32,000 nt of DNA, from assembly GCF_003324675.1 (NCBI RefSeq), contig NZ_CP030918.1, forward strand, positions 30,001 to 62,000, read 5' to 3'. The notes under the pieces are model-generated. The model was not told the DNA's origin. It made no database searches and worked only from the letters and a program-made list of their open reading frames with translations. Every line of letters begins with the position of its first letter. Position 1 is the first letter of the stretch. A program made the position numbers and the translations under genes. The stretch comes from Paracoccus suum. Lineage in GTDB: Bacteria; Pseudomonadota; Alphaproteobacteria; Rhodobacterales; Rhodobacteraceae. Positions 17,658-26,259 of this stretch are shown piece by piece.

Positions 17658-18526
17658 CACAGCACCTCCCGCTGGGCTGTCATGACGGTGTAGAACACCC
17701 ATGAAATCAGCAGGATAACGAGGAAATAGATCAGGCTGAACGCGGCGGCAGGCCCGAGGTCGAACTGGCCGATGGCGGTCTTGACCAAGTCGATGGACAG
17801 GAAGGTGGTGGCGTTGCCCGGGCCGCCGCCAGTCAGCACGAAGGGCTCGGTATAGATCATGAAGCTGTCCATGAACCGCAGCAGCACCGCGATCAGCAGC
17901 ACGCCCGACATCTTCGGCAGTTCGATATAACGAAACACCGCCCAGCGGCTGGCCTGGTCGATCTTGGCGGCCTGGTAATATGCGTCGGGAATGGATTGCA
18001 GGCCCGCATAGCAGAGCAGCGCGACGAGGCTGGTCCAGTGCCAGACGTCCATGACGATGATCGTCACCCAAGCATCGATCGGGTCGTTGACGTAATTGTA
18101 GTCGATCCCCAGCGCCGCGAGCGTCTGGCCCAGCAGCCCGATGTCGACGCGGCCGAACACCTGCCAGATGGTCCCGACCACGTTCCAGGGGATCAGCAGA
18201 GGCAGCGACATCAGCACCAGCACCAGCGAGGCCCAGAACCCGCGCTTGGGCATATTCAGCGCGACAAAGATGCCGAGCGGGATCTCGATCAGCAGGATGA
18301 TCCCGGAAAACAGCAATTGCCGGCCCAGGGCCGCGCGGATGCGATCGCTGGCCAGCACCTCCTGGAACCAGCCGATGCCGTTCCAGAAGAACTGATTGTT
18401 ACCAAAGGTGTCCTGCACCGAATAATTGACGACAGTCATCAGCGGAATCACGGCGGAAAACGCCACCAGCAGCAGGACCGGCAGGACCAGAAACCAGGCG
18501 CGGTTGTTCAGCGGCTTGTCCATCAT
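17657..18526 (-). CDS. glpP: Glycerol ABC transporter permease (CUT1 MalF-like)
   Basis: The sequence MMDKPLNNRAWFLVLPVLLLVAFSAVIPL... is present. The EAA-like loop is YQAAKIDQASRWAVFRYIELPKM. ATG 18526 overlaps the glpT stop (ATGA). Confidence 0.85.
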   Translation of the reverse strand: MMDKPLNNRAWFLVLPVLLLVAFSAVIPLMTVVNYSVQDTFGNNQFFWNGIGWFQEVLASDRIRAALGRQLLFSGIILLIEIPLGIFVALNMPKRGFWASLVLVLMSLPLLIPWNVVGTIWQVFGRVDIGLLGQTLAALGIDYNYVNDPIDAWVTIIVMDVWHWTSLVALLCYAGLQSIPDAYYQAAKIDQASRWAVFRYIELPKMSGVLLIAVLLRFMDSFMIYTEPFVLTGGGPGNATTFLSIDLVKTAIGQFDLGPAAAFSLIYFLVILLISWVFYTVMTAQREVL

Positions 18527-19620
18527 GCAGCCCTGCCCTGTTCATGGCCCAGCGGCTCGACCCGCCAGTCATCGACAAAGACGCCGATGCGCGCTGGATC
18601 AAAGGTGACCCGGTCGGCACCTGCGGGGATCGCGACGCCCTCGGGGACGGTAACGTTGAACGGGTGTCCGACCACTGTTCCGCGCAGGATGCGGTGGCGG
18701 CCGACGTCCTCGACCCGCGCAAGCTGGAACGGCAGCCCCGCGCCGCCCGCCGACAGGCGCACGGCGTCGGGTCGGATACCGATCTGGACGCGGCCCGTCA
18801 CGGGGGCGTAAGCCCCGGCCAGCGTGACCGGCTGGCCCTCGACCAGCGCCGTCGCGCCATCCAGTTGCGCGGGCAGCAGGTTCATGCCGGGCGTGCCGAT
18901 GAAATAGCCGACAAAGGTATGCGCCGGCCGGTCGAACAGCGATTGCGGGGTGCCGGATTGCACCACGCGCCCCTCGGACATGACGACCACCTCGTCGGCA
19001 AAGGTCAACGCCTCGGTCTGATCGTGGGTCACATAGATCATCGTGTGCCCGAACTCGCGGTGCAGCGCCTTGAGCTGGCTGCGCAATTCCCATTTCATGT
19101 GCGGGTCGATGACTGTCAGCGGCTCGTCAAAGAGGATCGCATTCACGTCCTTGCGCACCATTCCCCGCCCGAGGCTGATCTTTTGCTTGGCGTCCGCCGT
19201 CAGGCCGCGGGCGCGCCGGTCCAATTCACCCTCCATCCCGATCATGCGGGCGATGGCGCCGACACGCTCGGCGATCTGGGCGGCGGGAAGACCGCGATTC
19301 TTCAGCGGAAATGCCAGGTTATCGCGCACGGACATGGTGTCGTAGACGACCGGAAACTGGAACACCTGGGCGATGTTGCGGGCGGCGGTGGGCAGGGTGG
19401 TCACATCACGCTCGCCGAACAGAACGCGACCCTGTGACGGGCGCACGAGGCCCGAGATGATGTTCAGCAGCGTGGTCTTGCCGCAGCCGGACGAGCCGAG
19501 CAGCGCATACGCGCCGCCATCGCGCCAGGTCATCGTCGCGGGCTTCAGCGCGAAATCCGCCTCGGATTGCGGGTGGGCGAGGTAGCTGTGGGCGAGGTTG
19601 TCGAGGGTGATGCGGGCCAT
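18523..19620 (-). CDS. glpT: Glycerol ABC transporter ATP-binding protein (MalK-like, with C-terminal regulatory/TOBE-like domain)
   Basis: Walker A GSSGCGKTT, Q-loop IAQVFQ, signature-like ISLGRGMV, Walker B ILFDEPL and H-loop YVTHD are present. It starts 3 nt after the glpS stop. The S versus T naming follows gene order and is moderately certain. Confidence 0.85.
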   Translation of the reverse strand: MARITLDNLAHSYLAHPQSEADFALKPATMTWRDGGAYALLGSSGCGKTTLLNIISGLVRPSQGRVLFGERDVTTLPTAARNIAQVFQFPVVYDTMSVRDNLAFPLKNRGLPAAQIAERVGAIARMIGMEGELDRRARGLTADAKQKISLGRGMVRKDVNAILFDEPLTVIDPHMKWELRSQLKALHREFGHTMIYVTHDQTEALTFADEVVVMSEGRVVQSGTPQSLFDRPAHTFVGYFIGTPGMNLLPAQLDGATALVEGQPVTLAGAYAPVTGRVQIGIRPDAVRLSAGGAGLPFQLARVEDVGRHRILRGTVVGHPFNVTVPEGVAIPAGADRVTFDPARIGVFVDDWRVEPLGHEQGRAA

Positions 19621-19623
19621 CCC

Positions 19624-20709
19624 TTACGCCGCCTCCGCATAGGGGGCCGGACGGGCGAGGGCGCCGTTTTCGCCGAAGAGATACACATGGGCCGGGTCGA
19701 GCGAGACGGTCAGCGCCGTCCCCGGCTCGGCCTGGCGCACGCCCTCGACCAGCGCGATCCAGTGATCGGGCGTGGCGCTGTCGGGATCATGGGTCATGTG
19801 CACGAAGGTTTCGGCCCCCGTGACTTCGCGCGCCTCCGCCCGGGCGGCAAAGGCCAGCGCGCCCGGCCGCGCGCCCAGCGACAGATGCGCGGGGCGAAAG
19901 CCGGCGCGGTAGTTGCCGTCGGCCAGCCCGGGGACCGGCCAGACCTGATTGTCCAGATGCGCCTGCCCCGCCGCGACCTGGACCTGCGCGAAGTTCATCG
20001 GCGGGTCGGAAAAGACGCGCGCCGTGATGGCATCGCCTGGCTGGCGATAGACCTGCGGCGTGGGACCGAACTGGGTCACGCGCCCCTCCCAGAGGGTCGC
20101 GGTGTTGCCACCCAGCAGCAGCGCCTCCTCCGGCTCGGTCGTGGCATAGACGAAGATCGCCCCCGATTCTTCGAAGATGCGCGGGATCTCGGCCCGCAAT
20201 TCTTCGCGCAGCTTGTAATCGAGGTTGGCCAGCGGCTCGTCCAGCAGGACAAGGCCGGCGCCCTTGACCAGCGCGCGGGCCAGCGCGGTGCGCTGCTGCT
20301 GGCCGCCCGACAACTCCAGCGGGCGGCGCTGCAGCATGGGCGTCAGGCGCATCATTTCGGCCGTGCGGCGTACGCGGGCATCGATCTCGGCGCGGGGCAC
20401 GCCCTGCACCTGCAGGGGCGACGCGATGTTGTCGTAAACGCTCATCGAGGGGTAGTTGATGAACTGCTGGTAGACCATCGCCACCTTGCGCTCCTGCACC
20501 CGCTGGCCGGTCACGTCAGCGCCGTTCCACAGGACGCGCCCGGCGCTGGGCACATCAAGGCCCGCCATCAGCCGCATCAGCGTCGTCTTGCCCGCCAGCG
20601 TCGGGCCAAGCAGGACGTTCATGCTGCCCGCGGCAAGCGACAGGTCGGTGGGATGAATCCAGGTCTCGCCGCCGACTACCTTGCTGACACCTTGCAGGTC
20701 CAGGGTCAT
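19624..20709 (-). CDS. glpS: Glycerol ABC transporter ATP-binding protein (second, distinct MalK-like ATPase)
   Basis: The sequence starts MTLDLQGVSKVVGGETWIHPTDLSL. Walker A-like GPTLAGKTT, signature LSGGQQQRTALARAL and Walker B LVLLDEPL are present. ATG 20709 overlaps the glpD stop (ATGA). The tracked start at 20823 lies inside glpD. Confidence 0.85.
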   Translation of the reverse strand: MTLDLQGVSKVVGGETWIHPTDLSLAAGSMNVLLGPTLAGKTTLMRLMAGLDVPSAGRVLWNGADVTGQRVQERKVAMVYQQFINYPSMSVYDNIASPLQVQGVPRAEIDARVRRTAEMMRLTPMLQRRPLELSGGQQQRTALARALVKGAGLVLLDEPLANLDYKLREELRAEIPRIFEESGAIFVYATTEPEEALLLGGNTATLWEGRVTQFGPTPQVYRQPGDAITARVFSDPPMNFAQVQVAAGQAHLDNQVWPVPGLADGNYRAGFRPAHLSLGARPGALAFAARAEAREVTGAETFVHMTHDPDSATPDHWIALVEGVRQAEPGTALTVSLDPAHVYLFGENGALARPAPYAEAA

Positions 20710-22265
20710 GCCGCGACCCTCGCTTCGGCCATGTAGTCGTCGATGGCGGCGATCTGCGCCTCGCTCAGCCGCAGACCCAGCTTCGAGCGGCGCCACACCG
20801 CGTCTTCGGCGGTGCGGGCCCATTCGCGGCTCATCATCCAGCGCAACTCGGCCTCGGTCAGGGTGGCGCCGAAATCGCGGCCGAGGTCGGCGGGGGTTTT
20901 CGCTCCGTCCAGCATCGCTGCTGCCTCGGTGCCATAGGCGCGCACGAGGCGCAGGGCCCAGCCGCCCGTCAGGAATGGATAAGCGGCGCGCAGCGCCTCG
21001 ACCTGCGCCGGCACGCCGTCCACCGGAAAGTCGCCGCCCGGCAGCGGCGCGTTGGCGGTCCAGTCGCCCGCTAGCCCCGGCAAATGCGGCGCCAGCTTGG
21101 CCATCGCCGATTCCGCCAGCCGGCGATAGGTAGTGATCTTGCCGCCGAACACATTCAGGCAGGGCGCCCCGGCTTCATCCACCGACAGCGTGTAATCGCG
21201 CGTCGCGGCGGTCGCCGATTTCGCCCCGTCATCGTAAAGCGGCCGGACACCCGCGAAAGTTCGTACCACGTCCGCTGCGCTCAGCGGCCGGCGGAAATAG
21301 TTCGAGGCGAAGGACAGCAGGTAGTCACGCTCGGCCTCGGTGCAGTAAACATCCGACGGGGCAGCGTGGTGATCGACATCGGTGGTGCCGACAAGCGTGA
21401 AATCCCCTTCATAGGGGATCGCAAAGATGATCCGCCCGTCGGCGCCTTGGAAGAAATAGGCCTTGTCGTGATCGAACAGGCGGCGCGTGACGATATGGCT
21501 GCCGCGCACCAGCCGCACATTCTCGGTCGAGGGCAGATCGGCGATGTCGTGGATCACGTCGCCGACCCAGGGACCAGCGGCGTTGACCAGCATCCGCGCT
21601 GTAAAGCTGCGCCCGTCGGCAAGGCGGATGCGCCATAGATCGCCCTCGCGCACGGCCCTGGTGACGCGGGCGCGGGTCATGATGTCAGCTCCGCGCGCGG
21701 CGGCGTCGCGGGCGTTCAGCACCACCAACCGGGCGTCATCGACCCAGCAATCGCTGTATTCATAAGCCCAGCGCAGCCGGCCCTGCAGCGGCGCCCCCTC
21801 GGGCGTGCCGGGCAGGGCGTAGCTGGTCGTCCCCCGCAGGATCGTCCGCGCGCCGAGATTGTCGTAGAGAAACAGCCCCGCGCGGATCATCAGGTTCGGA
21901 CGGTGACCGCGTTGCCAGGGCATGATGGTCTGCATGATGCGCGAGACCGGGGTCTGGCTCTCGAACCGCATCTGCGGATCCAGAGGCAGCACAAAGCGCA
22001 TCGGTCGGGCAATGTGCGGCATGGCGCGCAGCAGCACCTCGCGCTCGCGCAATGCCTCGCGCACCAGTCGCAGTTCGAGAAATTCGAGGTAGCGCAGACC
22101 GCCGTGGAACAGCTTGGTCGACGCGCTGCTTGTCGCGCCCGCCAGGTCGCTCTGCTCAGCCAGTCTCACGCTGAGGCCCCTGCCGGCGGCGTCGCGCGCG
22201 ATGCCGCAGCCGTTTATGCCGCCGCCGATAACGAACAGGTCGGTGGTCTCTGCTGCCTCCCGCAC
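20706..22265 (-). CDS. glpD: FAD-dependent glycerol-3-phosphate dehydrogenase
   Basis: The sequence DLFVIGGGINGCGIARDAAGRGLSV.L.EQ.DLA.ATSSASTKL.HGGLRYLE is the diagnostic GlpD N-terminus. The protein is 519 aa and starts at GTG 22265. Confidence 0.93.
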   Translation of the reverse strand: MREAAETTDLFVIGGGINGCGIARDAAGRGLSVRLAEQSDLAGATSSASTKLFHGGLRYLEFLELRLVREALREREVLLRAMPHIARPMRFVLPLDPQMRFESQTPVSRIMQTIMPWQRGHRPNLMIRAGLFLYDNLGARTILRGTTSYALPGTPEGAPLQGRLRWAYEYSDCWVDDARLVVLNARDAAARGADIMTRARVTRAVREGDLWRIRLADGRSFTARMLVNAAGPWVGDVIHDIADLPSTENVRLVRGSHIVTRRLFDHDKAYFFQGADGRIIFAIPYEGDFTLVGTTDVDHHAAPSDVYCTEAERDYLLSFASNYFRRPLSAADVVRTFAGVRPLYDDGAKSATAATRDYTLSVDEAGAPCLNVFGGKITTYRRLAESAMAKLAPHLPGLAGDWTANAPLPGGDFPVDGVPAQVEALRAAYPFLTGGWALRLVRAYGTEAAAMLDGAKTPADLGRDFGATLTEAELRWMMSREWARTAEDAVWRRSKLGLRLSEAQIAAIDDYMAEARVAA

Positions 22266-22330
22266 GGTGCCCCGCCATCTTCACAAATCTGTGCAGAGCG
22301 AAGCGCCTTGCGCGCGCTTTGTCAAAGGAG

Positions 22331-22364
22331 ATCTTCGTTTACCACGCGTAAATGTTCGGTTGAC
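22331..22364. promoter_or_regulatory. Candidate GlpR (DeoR-type) operator pair in the glpD-glpR divergent intergenic region
   Basis: AATGTTCGGT (22351-22360) matches 9/10 of the E. coli GlpR half-site consensus WATGTTCGWT as I remember it. A related direct repeat TcTTCGtTTacC (22332-22343) versus TgTTCGgTTgaC (22353-22364) is offset by 21 bp. Confidence 0.4.
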
Positions 22365-22395
22365 AGGCGGCGGGATCGTCTTTCCACATGCCGGC

Positions 22396-23163
22396 ATGAA
22401 CTTCAGCCTTCGACAGGTGCAGATTCTCGAACTGATCCGCTCGACCGGGCGGGTCGCCGTGGAAGAGCTTGCGGTCCGCTTTGACGTTACCTTGCAGACC
22501 ATCCGCCGCGATCTGGGCGAGTTGGCCGACGCCGGGATGCTGGACCGGGTGCATGGAGGCGCGGTTCTGCGCGGCGGCGCGCTGAACATCGGCTATGACG
22601 AGCGTCGCCAGACCGCGGCCGAGGCGAAGGCTGCGATCGGCGCCGCCTGCGCCGCCCTGATCGCCGACAACACCTCGCTGATCGTGAACCTCGGCACCAC
22701 GACCGAGGCGGTGGCCCGCGCCCTGACGCAGCATCGCAACCTGACCGTGATCACCAACAACATGAATGTCGCCAATATTTTGGCCCCGAACGAGACCTGC
22801 GAGGTGATCGTCTCGGGCGGGACGCTACGGCGGAGCGACGGCGGGCTTGTGGGTGATCTAACCAGCGATTTCATGGGTCGCTTCAAGGTCGATTGCGCCA
22901 TCATCGGCACCTCGGCACTGGACGATGATGGCGATCTGCTGGATTTCGACATGGCTGAAGTCCGGGTCAGCCAGGCCATCCTGCGCCAGGCGCGCCGTGC
23001 GGTCCTGGTGGCGGATCACAGCAAGCTCCAGCGCCGCGCGCCGATGCGCATCGCTTCGCTGGCGGACCTCGACCTGGTGGTGACCGACCGCGCCCTGCCC
23101 GCCCCGCTGACCGAGCGATGCCGGACCTGGGGCACCGAGGTCGTGGTGGCCGGGGCGGTCTGA
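22396..23163 (+). CDS. glpR: DeoR-family glycerol-3-phosphate regulon repressor
   Basis: The N-terminal HTH is MNFSLRQVQILELIRSTGRVAVEELAVRFDVTLQTIRRDLGELADAGMLDRVHGGA, followed by a DeoR C-terminal sugar-phosphate sensor domain. It is divergent from glpD. The tracked start at 22114 is an upstream extension antisense to glpD. Confidence 0.9.
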   Translation: MNFSLRQVQILELIRSTGRVAVEELAVRFDVTLQTIRRDLGELADAGMLDRVHGGAVLRGGALNIGYDERRQTAAEAKAAIGAACAALIADNTSLIVNLGTTTEAVARALTQHRNLTVITNNMNVANILAPNETCEVIVSGGTLRRSDGGLVGDLTSDFMGRFKVDCAIIGTSALDDDGDLLDFDMAEVRVSQAILRQARRAVLVADHSKLQRRAPMRIASLADLDLVVTDRALPAPLTERCRTWGTEVVVAGAV

Positions 23164-23168
23164 TCGGT

Positions 23169-23231
23169 CCGTCGGCGCGGAACCATCTGGGCCGGCCATC
23201 GCGTTGCGCGCGCCGGACGGTTTGGTGTATT
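23169..23231 (+). terminator. Weak terminator candidate after glpR
   Basis: CCGTCGGCGCG (23169-23179) pairs with CGCGCCGGACGG (23209-23220) with one bulge and a ~29-nt loop, followed by TTTGGTGTATT. The long loop is atypical. Confidence 0.3.
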
Positions 23232-23262
23232 CCTGCCGCGAACCGGCAAGGACCCTATTCCC

Positions 23263-24420
23263 ATGCGCCTGATCCAGCGTCTGCTCGCCCCGCTCGCCGC
23301 GATGATCGCCATGTCCGGCGCAGCGGCGGCCTTTGACACGACCGCCCGCGCGGCCTGGGTCTATGATGTCGCGACGGGTACCGTGCTGATGGAAAAGAAC
23401 GCCGACGAGTCGCTGCCGCCGGCGTCGATGTCCAAGCTGATGACCGTCTACATGCTGTTTCAAGCGCTGAAGGACGGCCGGGTGCAGATGGACACGCAGC
23501 TGCCGGTCTCGACCAAGGCCCGGCAGATGAAGGGCTCCACCATGTTCCTGGACGAGCAGGACCGCCCGACCGTCGCCGAGCTAATCAAGGGCATCATCGT
23601 CCTGTCGGGCAACGATGCCTGCGTCGTGGTCGCCGAAGGGTTGGCCGGGACCGAGGCCGCCTTTGCCCGGCGCATGAACGAGCAGGCCGCGAAGCTGGGC
23701 CTGACCGCCTCGCATTTTGCCAACGCCTCCGGCTGGCCTGACCCCGAGCACCGCATGTCGGCGCATGACCTGGGCATCGTCGCGGCGCATCTGGTGAATG
23801 ATTTCCCCGAGCTCTACAAGAATTTCGGGATCGCCGAATACGCCTATGACAACCGTGCGCCCTCTAACCGCTTCAACCGCAACCCCTTGCTGAAGCTTGG
23901 GATCGGGGCCGACGGCCTCAAGACCGGTCACACGCAGGAGGCCGGTTATGGCCTCGTCGGAAGCGCGGTGCAGGAAGGTCGGCGGGTGATCTTTGTGCTG
24001 AACGGCCTCGCCTCGGAAAAGGCGCGCGCCGAGGAATCCGAACGGATCGTCAACTGGGCGTTCCGCGAGTTTTCCATGCAGACGGTCGTGCCCAAGGGCG
24101 AGGCGGTCACCCAGGCGCCGGTCTGGCTGGGGAAGCCCGGCAAGGTGGCCCTGACCACGGCCGAGGGCGTGCGCGTGCTGATCCCCGCAGGCTCCGAAGG
24201 GACGATCAAGGCCGAGGCGGTCTATGATGGTCCGCTGCAGGCGCCGTTGGCGGCCGGCCAGAAGATTGGCGAGCTGATCGTCACCATTCCCGGTGGTCCG
24301 GAATCGCGCACCCCCCTGCTGGCCGCGACGGACGTGGCCGAGGCGGGCTTCATGGGCCGCATGCAGGCCGCGGCGACCCGGCTGGGGCTGCGCGCGTGGC
24401 AGACGGCGCAAGGCAGTTGA
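23263..24420 (+). CDS. D-alanyl-D-alanine carboxypeptidase (class C low-MW PBP, PBP5/6-like)
   Basis: The protein has a signal peptide MRLIQRLLAPLAAMIAMSGAAAA, SxxK (SMSKLMT), SxN (SGND), KTG (KTGHT) and a C-terminal PBP5-type beta domain. Confidence 0.9.
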   Translation: MRLIQRLLAPLAAMIAMSGAAAAFDTTARAAWVYDVATGTVLMEKNADESLPPASMSKLMTVYMLFQALKDGRVQMDTQLPVSTKARQMKGSTMFLDEQDRPTVAELIKGIIVLSGNDACVVVAEGLAGTEAAFARRMNEQAAKLGLTASHFANASGWPDPEHRMSAHDLGIVAAHLVNDFPELYKNFGIAEYAYDNRAPSNRFNRNPLLKLGIGADGLKTGHTQEAGYGLVGSAVQEGRRVIFVLNGLASEKARAEESERIVNWAFREFSMQTVVPKGEAVTQAPVWLGKPGKVALTTAEGVRVLIPAGSEGTIKAEAVYDGPLQAPLAAGQKIGELIVTIPGGPESRTPLLAATDVAEAGFMGRMQAAATRLGLRAWQTAQGS

Positions 24421-25139
24421 GCCTGCCGCGCCGCACCCCGCCGGGCGGCTTTTTCATCAGCTTCGAGGGCATTGACGGCTGCGGCAAGTCGACCCAGGCC
24501 CGCGTGCTGGCTGATACCCTGCGCGGCGAGGGCCGTGAGGTTACCCTCACGCGCGAGCCGGGCGGCTCGCCCGGGGCCGAGGAAATCCGCCAGTTGCTGG
24601 TCGCGGGCCGCGGCGATCGCTGGTCGCCCCACACCGACCTGTTGTTATTCAACGCCGCGCGGCGCGATCACCTGGAGCGCACCATCGTACCCGCGCTGCA
24701 GGCGGGCCATGTCGTGATCAGCGACCGCTTTGTCGATTCCACGCGGGTATATCAGGGACTCTCGGGAAATCTGCCGGCCGAAGTCGTTGATGGGCTGCAT
24801 GAGCTGATGATCGGCATCGAACCCGACCGAACCTTCGTGATCGATCTCGATCCAGCCCTGTCTCTGGGCAGGACAGGCCTGCGCGCCGCTGCCGCAGCGG
24901 CGGGGCTGGCAGCGCAGGCGGCGATTGCCGGCGATGCGCCGCTGGCTGTCGCCGCTGCCGCCGCCGCGCAGACTCACGCCGCCGATGAAAACCGCTTCGA
25001 GGGCCTCGGCCTCTCGTTCCAGCAGCGGCTGCGCCAGGGGTTTCACGACCTGGCCGCCCGATACCCGGACCGCATCCGCCTGATCGACGGTGCGGGCGAA
25101 CCGGCTACCGTCGCCGCGCGCGTCCGCGCGGCGCTCTGA
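24396..25139 (+). CDS. tmk: Thymidylate kinase (with an Ala-rich insertion in the LID region)
   Basis: FISFEGIDGCGKSTQ (P-loop), LTREPGGSP, and ISDRFVDSTRVYQG are present. The start is uncertain: GTG 24396 gives a 25-nt overlap with the PBP gene, and TTG 24417 gives a TTGA overlap with its stop. Confidence 0.88.
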   Translation: MADGARQLSLPRRTPPGGFFISFEGIDGCGKSTQARVLADTLRGEGREVTLTREPGGSPGAEEIRQLLVAGRGDRWSPHTDLLLFNAARRDHLERTIVPALQAGHVVISDRFVDSTRVYQGLSGNLPAEVVDGLHELMIGIEPDRTFVIDLDPALSLGRTGLRAAAAAAGLAAQAAIAGDAPLAVAAAAAAQTHAADENRFEGLGLSFQQRLRQGFHDLAARYPDRIRLIDGAGEPATVAARVRAAL

Positions 25140-25140
25140 T

Positions 25141-26259
25141 ATGGCGCGAGCCCCCCAGACCGACGAGCCGCCGCCCGAACCGGACCGCGTCCCCGGCGCG
25201 CCGCATCCGCGCGAGGCGGCCCGGGTCATCGGCCATGACGTCGCCATCACCGAGTTCACCGAGGCGGCGCGCAGCGGGCGGCTGCACCACGCCTGGATGC
25301 TGACCGGGCCGCGCGGGGTCGGCAAGGCGACCCTGGCCTGGTCGGCCGCGCGCTGGCTGCTTGCCGGCCAGCCCTCGGCTGATCTGACAGTCGCGCCGGA
25401 CGATCCAGCCGCGCGCCGTATTGCCGCGCTGTCCGAGCCGAGCCTGCAGTTGGTGCGGCGTCCATGGGACGACAAGGCCGGCCGCCTGAAGGCCGAGATC
25501 ACGGTCGACGAAGTGCGGCGCCTGCTCGGCTTTTTCCACATGAGTGCCGCCGGCGGCGGACGGCGCGTCGCGATCGTGGACGCCGCAGACGAGATGAACA
25601 CCGCCGCCGCCAACGCCCTGCTGAAGATGCTGGAGGAGCCGCCGCGCGATGCCGTGATCTTTCTGATCGCGCATCAGCCGGCGCGGCTGCTGCCGACCAT
25701 CCGCTCGCGCTGCCGGACGCTGCGGCTCGCCCCGCTGGAGCCGGGCGACATGGCGGAGGTGCTGGGCGGCTTGGATGCCCCCGGCGATCCTCTGCAACTG
25801 GCGGCGCTGTCGGCTGGCAGCGCTGGCGAGGCGATGCGGCTCACCGGGCAGGACGGGCTGGAGGTCTACCAGCAGGTCGTCGACGTCATGGCCAGCCTGC
25901 CGCGGATGGACCGCCCCGCCGCCGCGCGCCTAGCCGAGCGCGCCGGCGGCCGCGCGGGTGCCGAGGGCGACCCGTTCGATCTGGTGGTCACGCTGCTCGA
26001 CCTGTTCCTGTCGCGCACCGCACGCGCCGGGTTGCTCGGGCCGCCGCTGCCGGAGGCGGCACGCGGCGAGGGCGAGTTGCTCGCGCGCCTCGCGCCCGAC
26101 CCCGCCGCCGCGCGCGGCTGGGCCGCGGCGCAGGCGCAGCTTTCGGCCCGCGCCCGCGCCGGCCGGGCGGTCAATCTTGACCCTGCGGCGCTGGTCATGG
26201 ATATGCTGACCACGCTCGCGCAGCTTCCTGCCGCGCATGGATTGCAAGGCCCCGCATGA
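25141..26259 (+). CDS. holB: DNA polymerase III delta-prime subunit
   Basis: The sequence has GRLHHAWMLTGPRGVGKATLAW (AAA+ P-loop-like), VAIVDAADEMNTAAANALLKMLEEPP and TIRSRCRTLRL (sensor-1/SRC motif). ATG 25141 is 1 nt after the tmk stop. Confidence 0.88.
   Translation: MARAPQTDEPPPEPDRVPGAPHPREAARVIGHDVAITEFTEAARSGRLHHAWMLTGPRGVGKATLAWSAARWLLAGQPSADLTVAPDDPAARRIAALSEPSLQLVRRPWDDKAGRLKAEITVDEVRRLLGFFHMSAAGGGRRVAIVDAADEMNTAAANALLKMLEEPPRDAVIFLIAHQPARLLPTIRSRCRTLRLAPLEPGDMAEVLGGLDAPGDPLQLAALSAGSAGEAMRLTGQDGLEVYQQVVDVMASLPRMDRPAAARLAERAGGRAGAEGDPFDLVVTLLDLFLSRTARAGLLGPPLPEAARGEGELLARLAPDPAAARGWAAAQAQLSARARAGRAVNLDPAALVMDMLTTLAQLPAAHGLQGPA

Noticed and set aside
22360-22388. TTGACA (22360-22365) as the -35 box of a glpR promoter, with its mirror TGTCAA (22320-22325) as a -35 box for glpD.
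   Set aside because: The hexamers 17 bp downstream (TCCACA for glpR, TTCGCT for glpD) are poor -10 boxes. The glpR ATG is only 30 nt after the TTGACA. I cannot support a promoter call without 5'-end data, so this is kept only as context for the operator finding.
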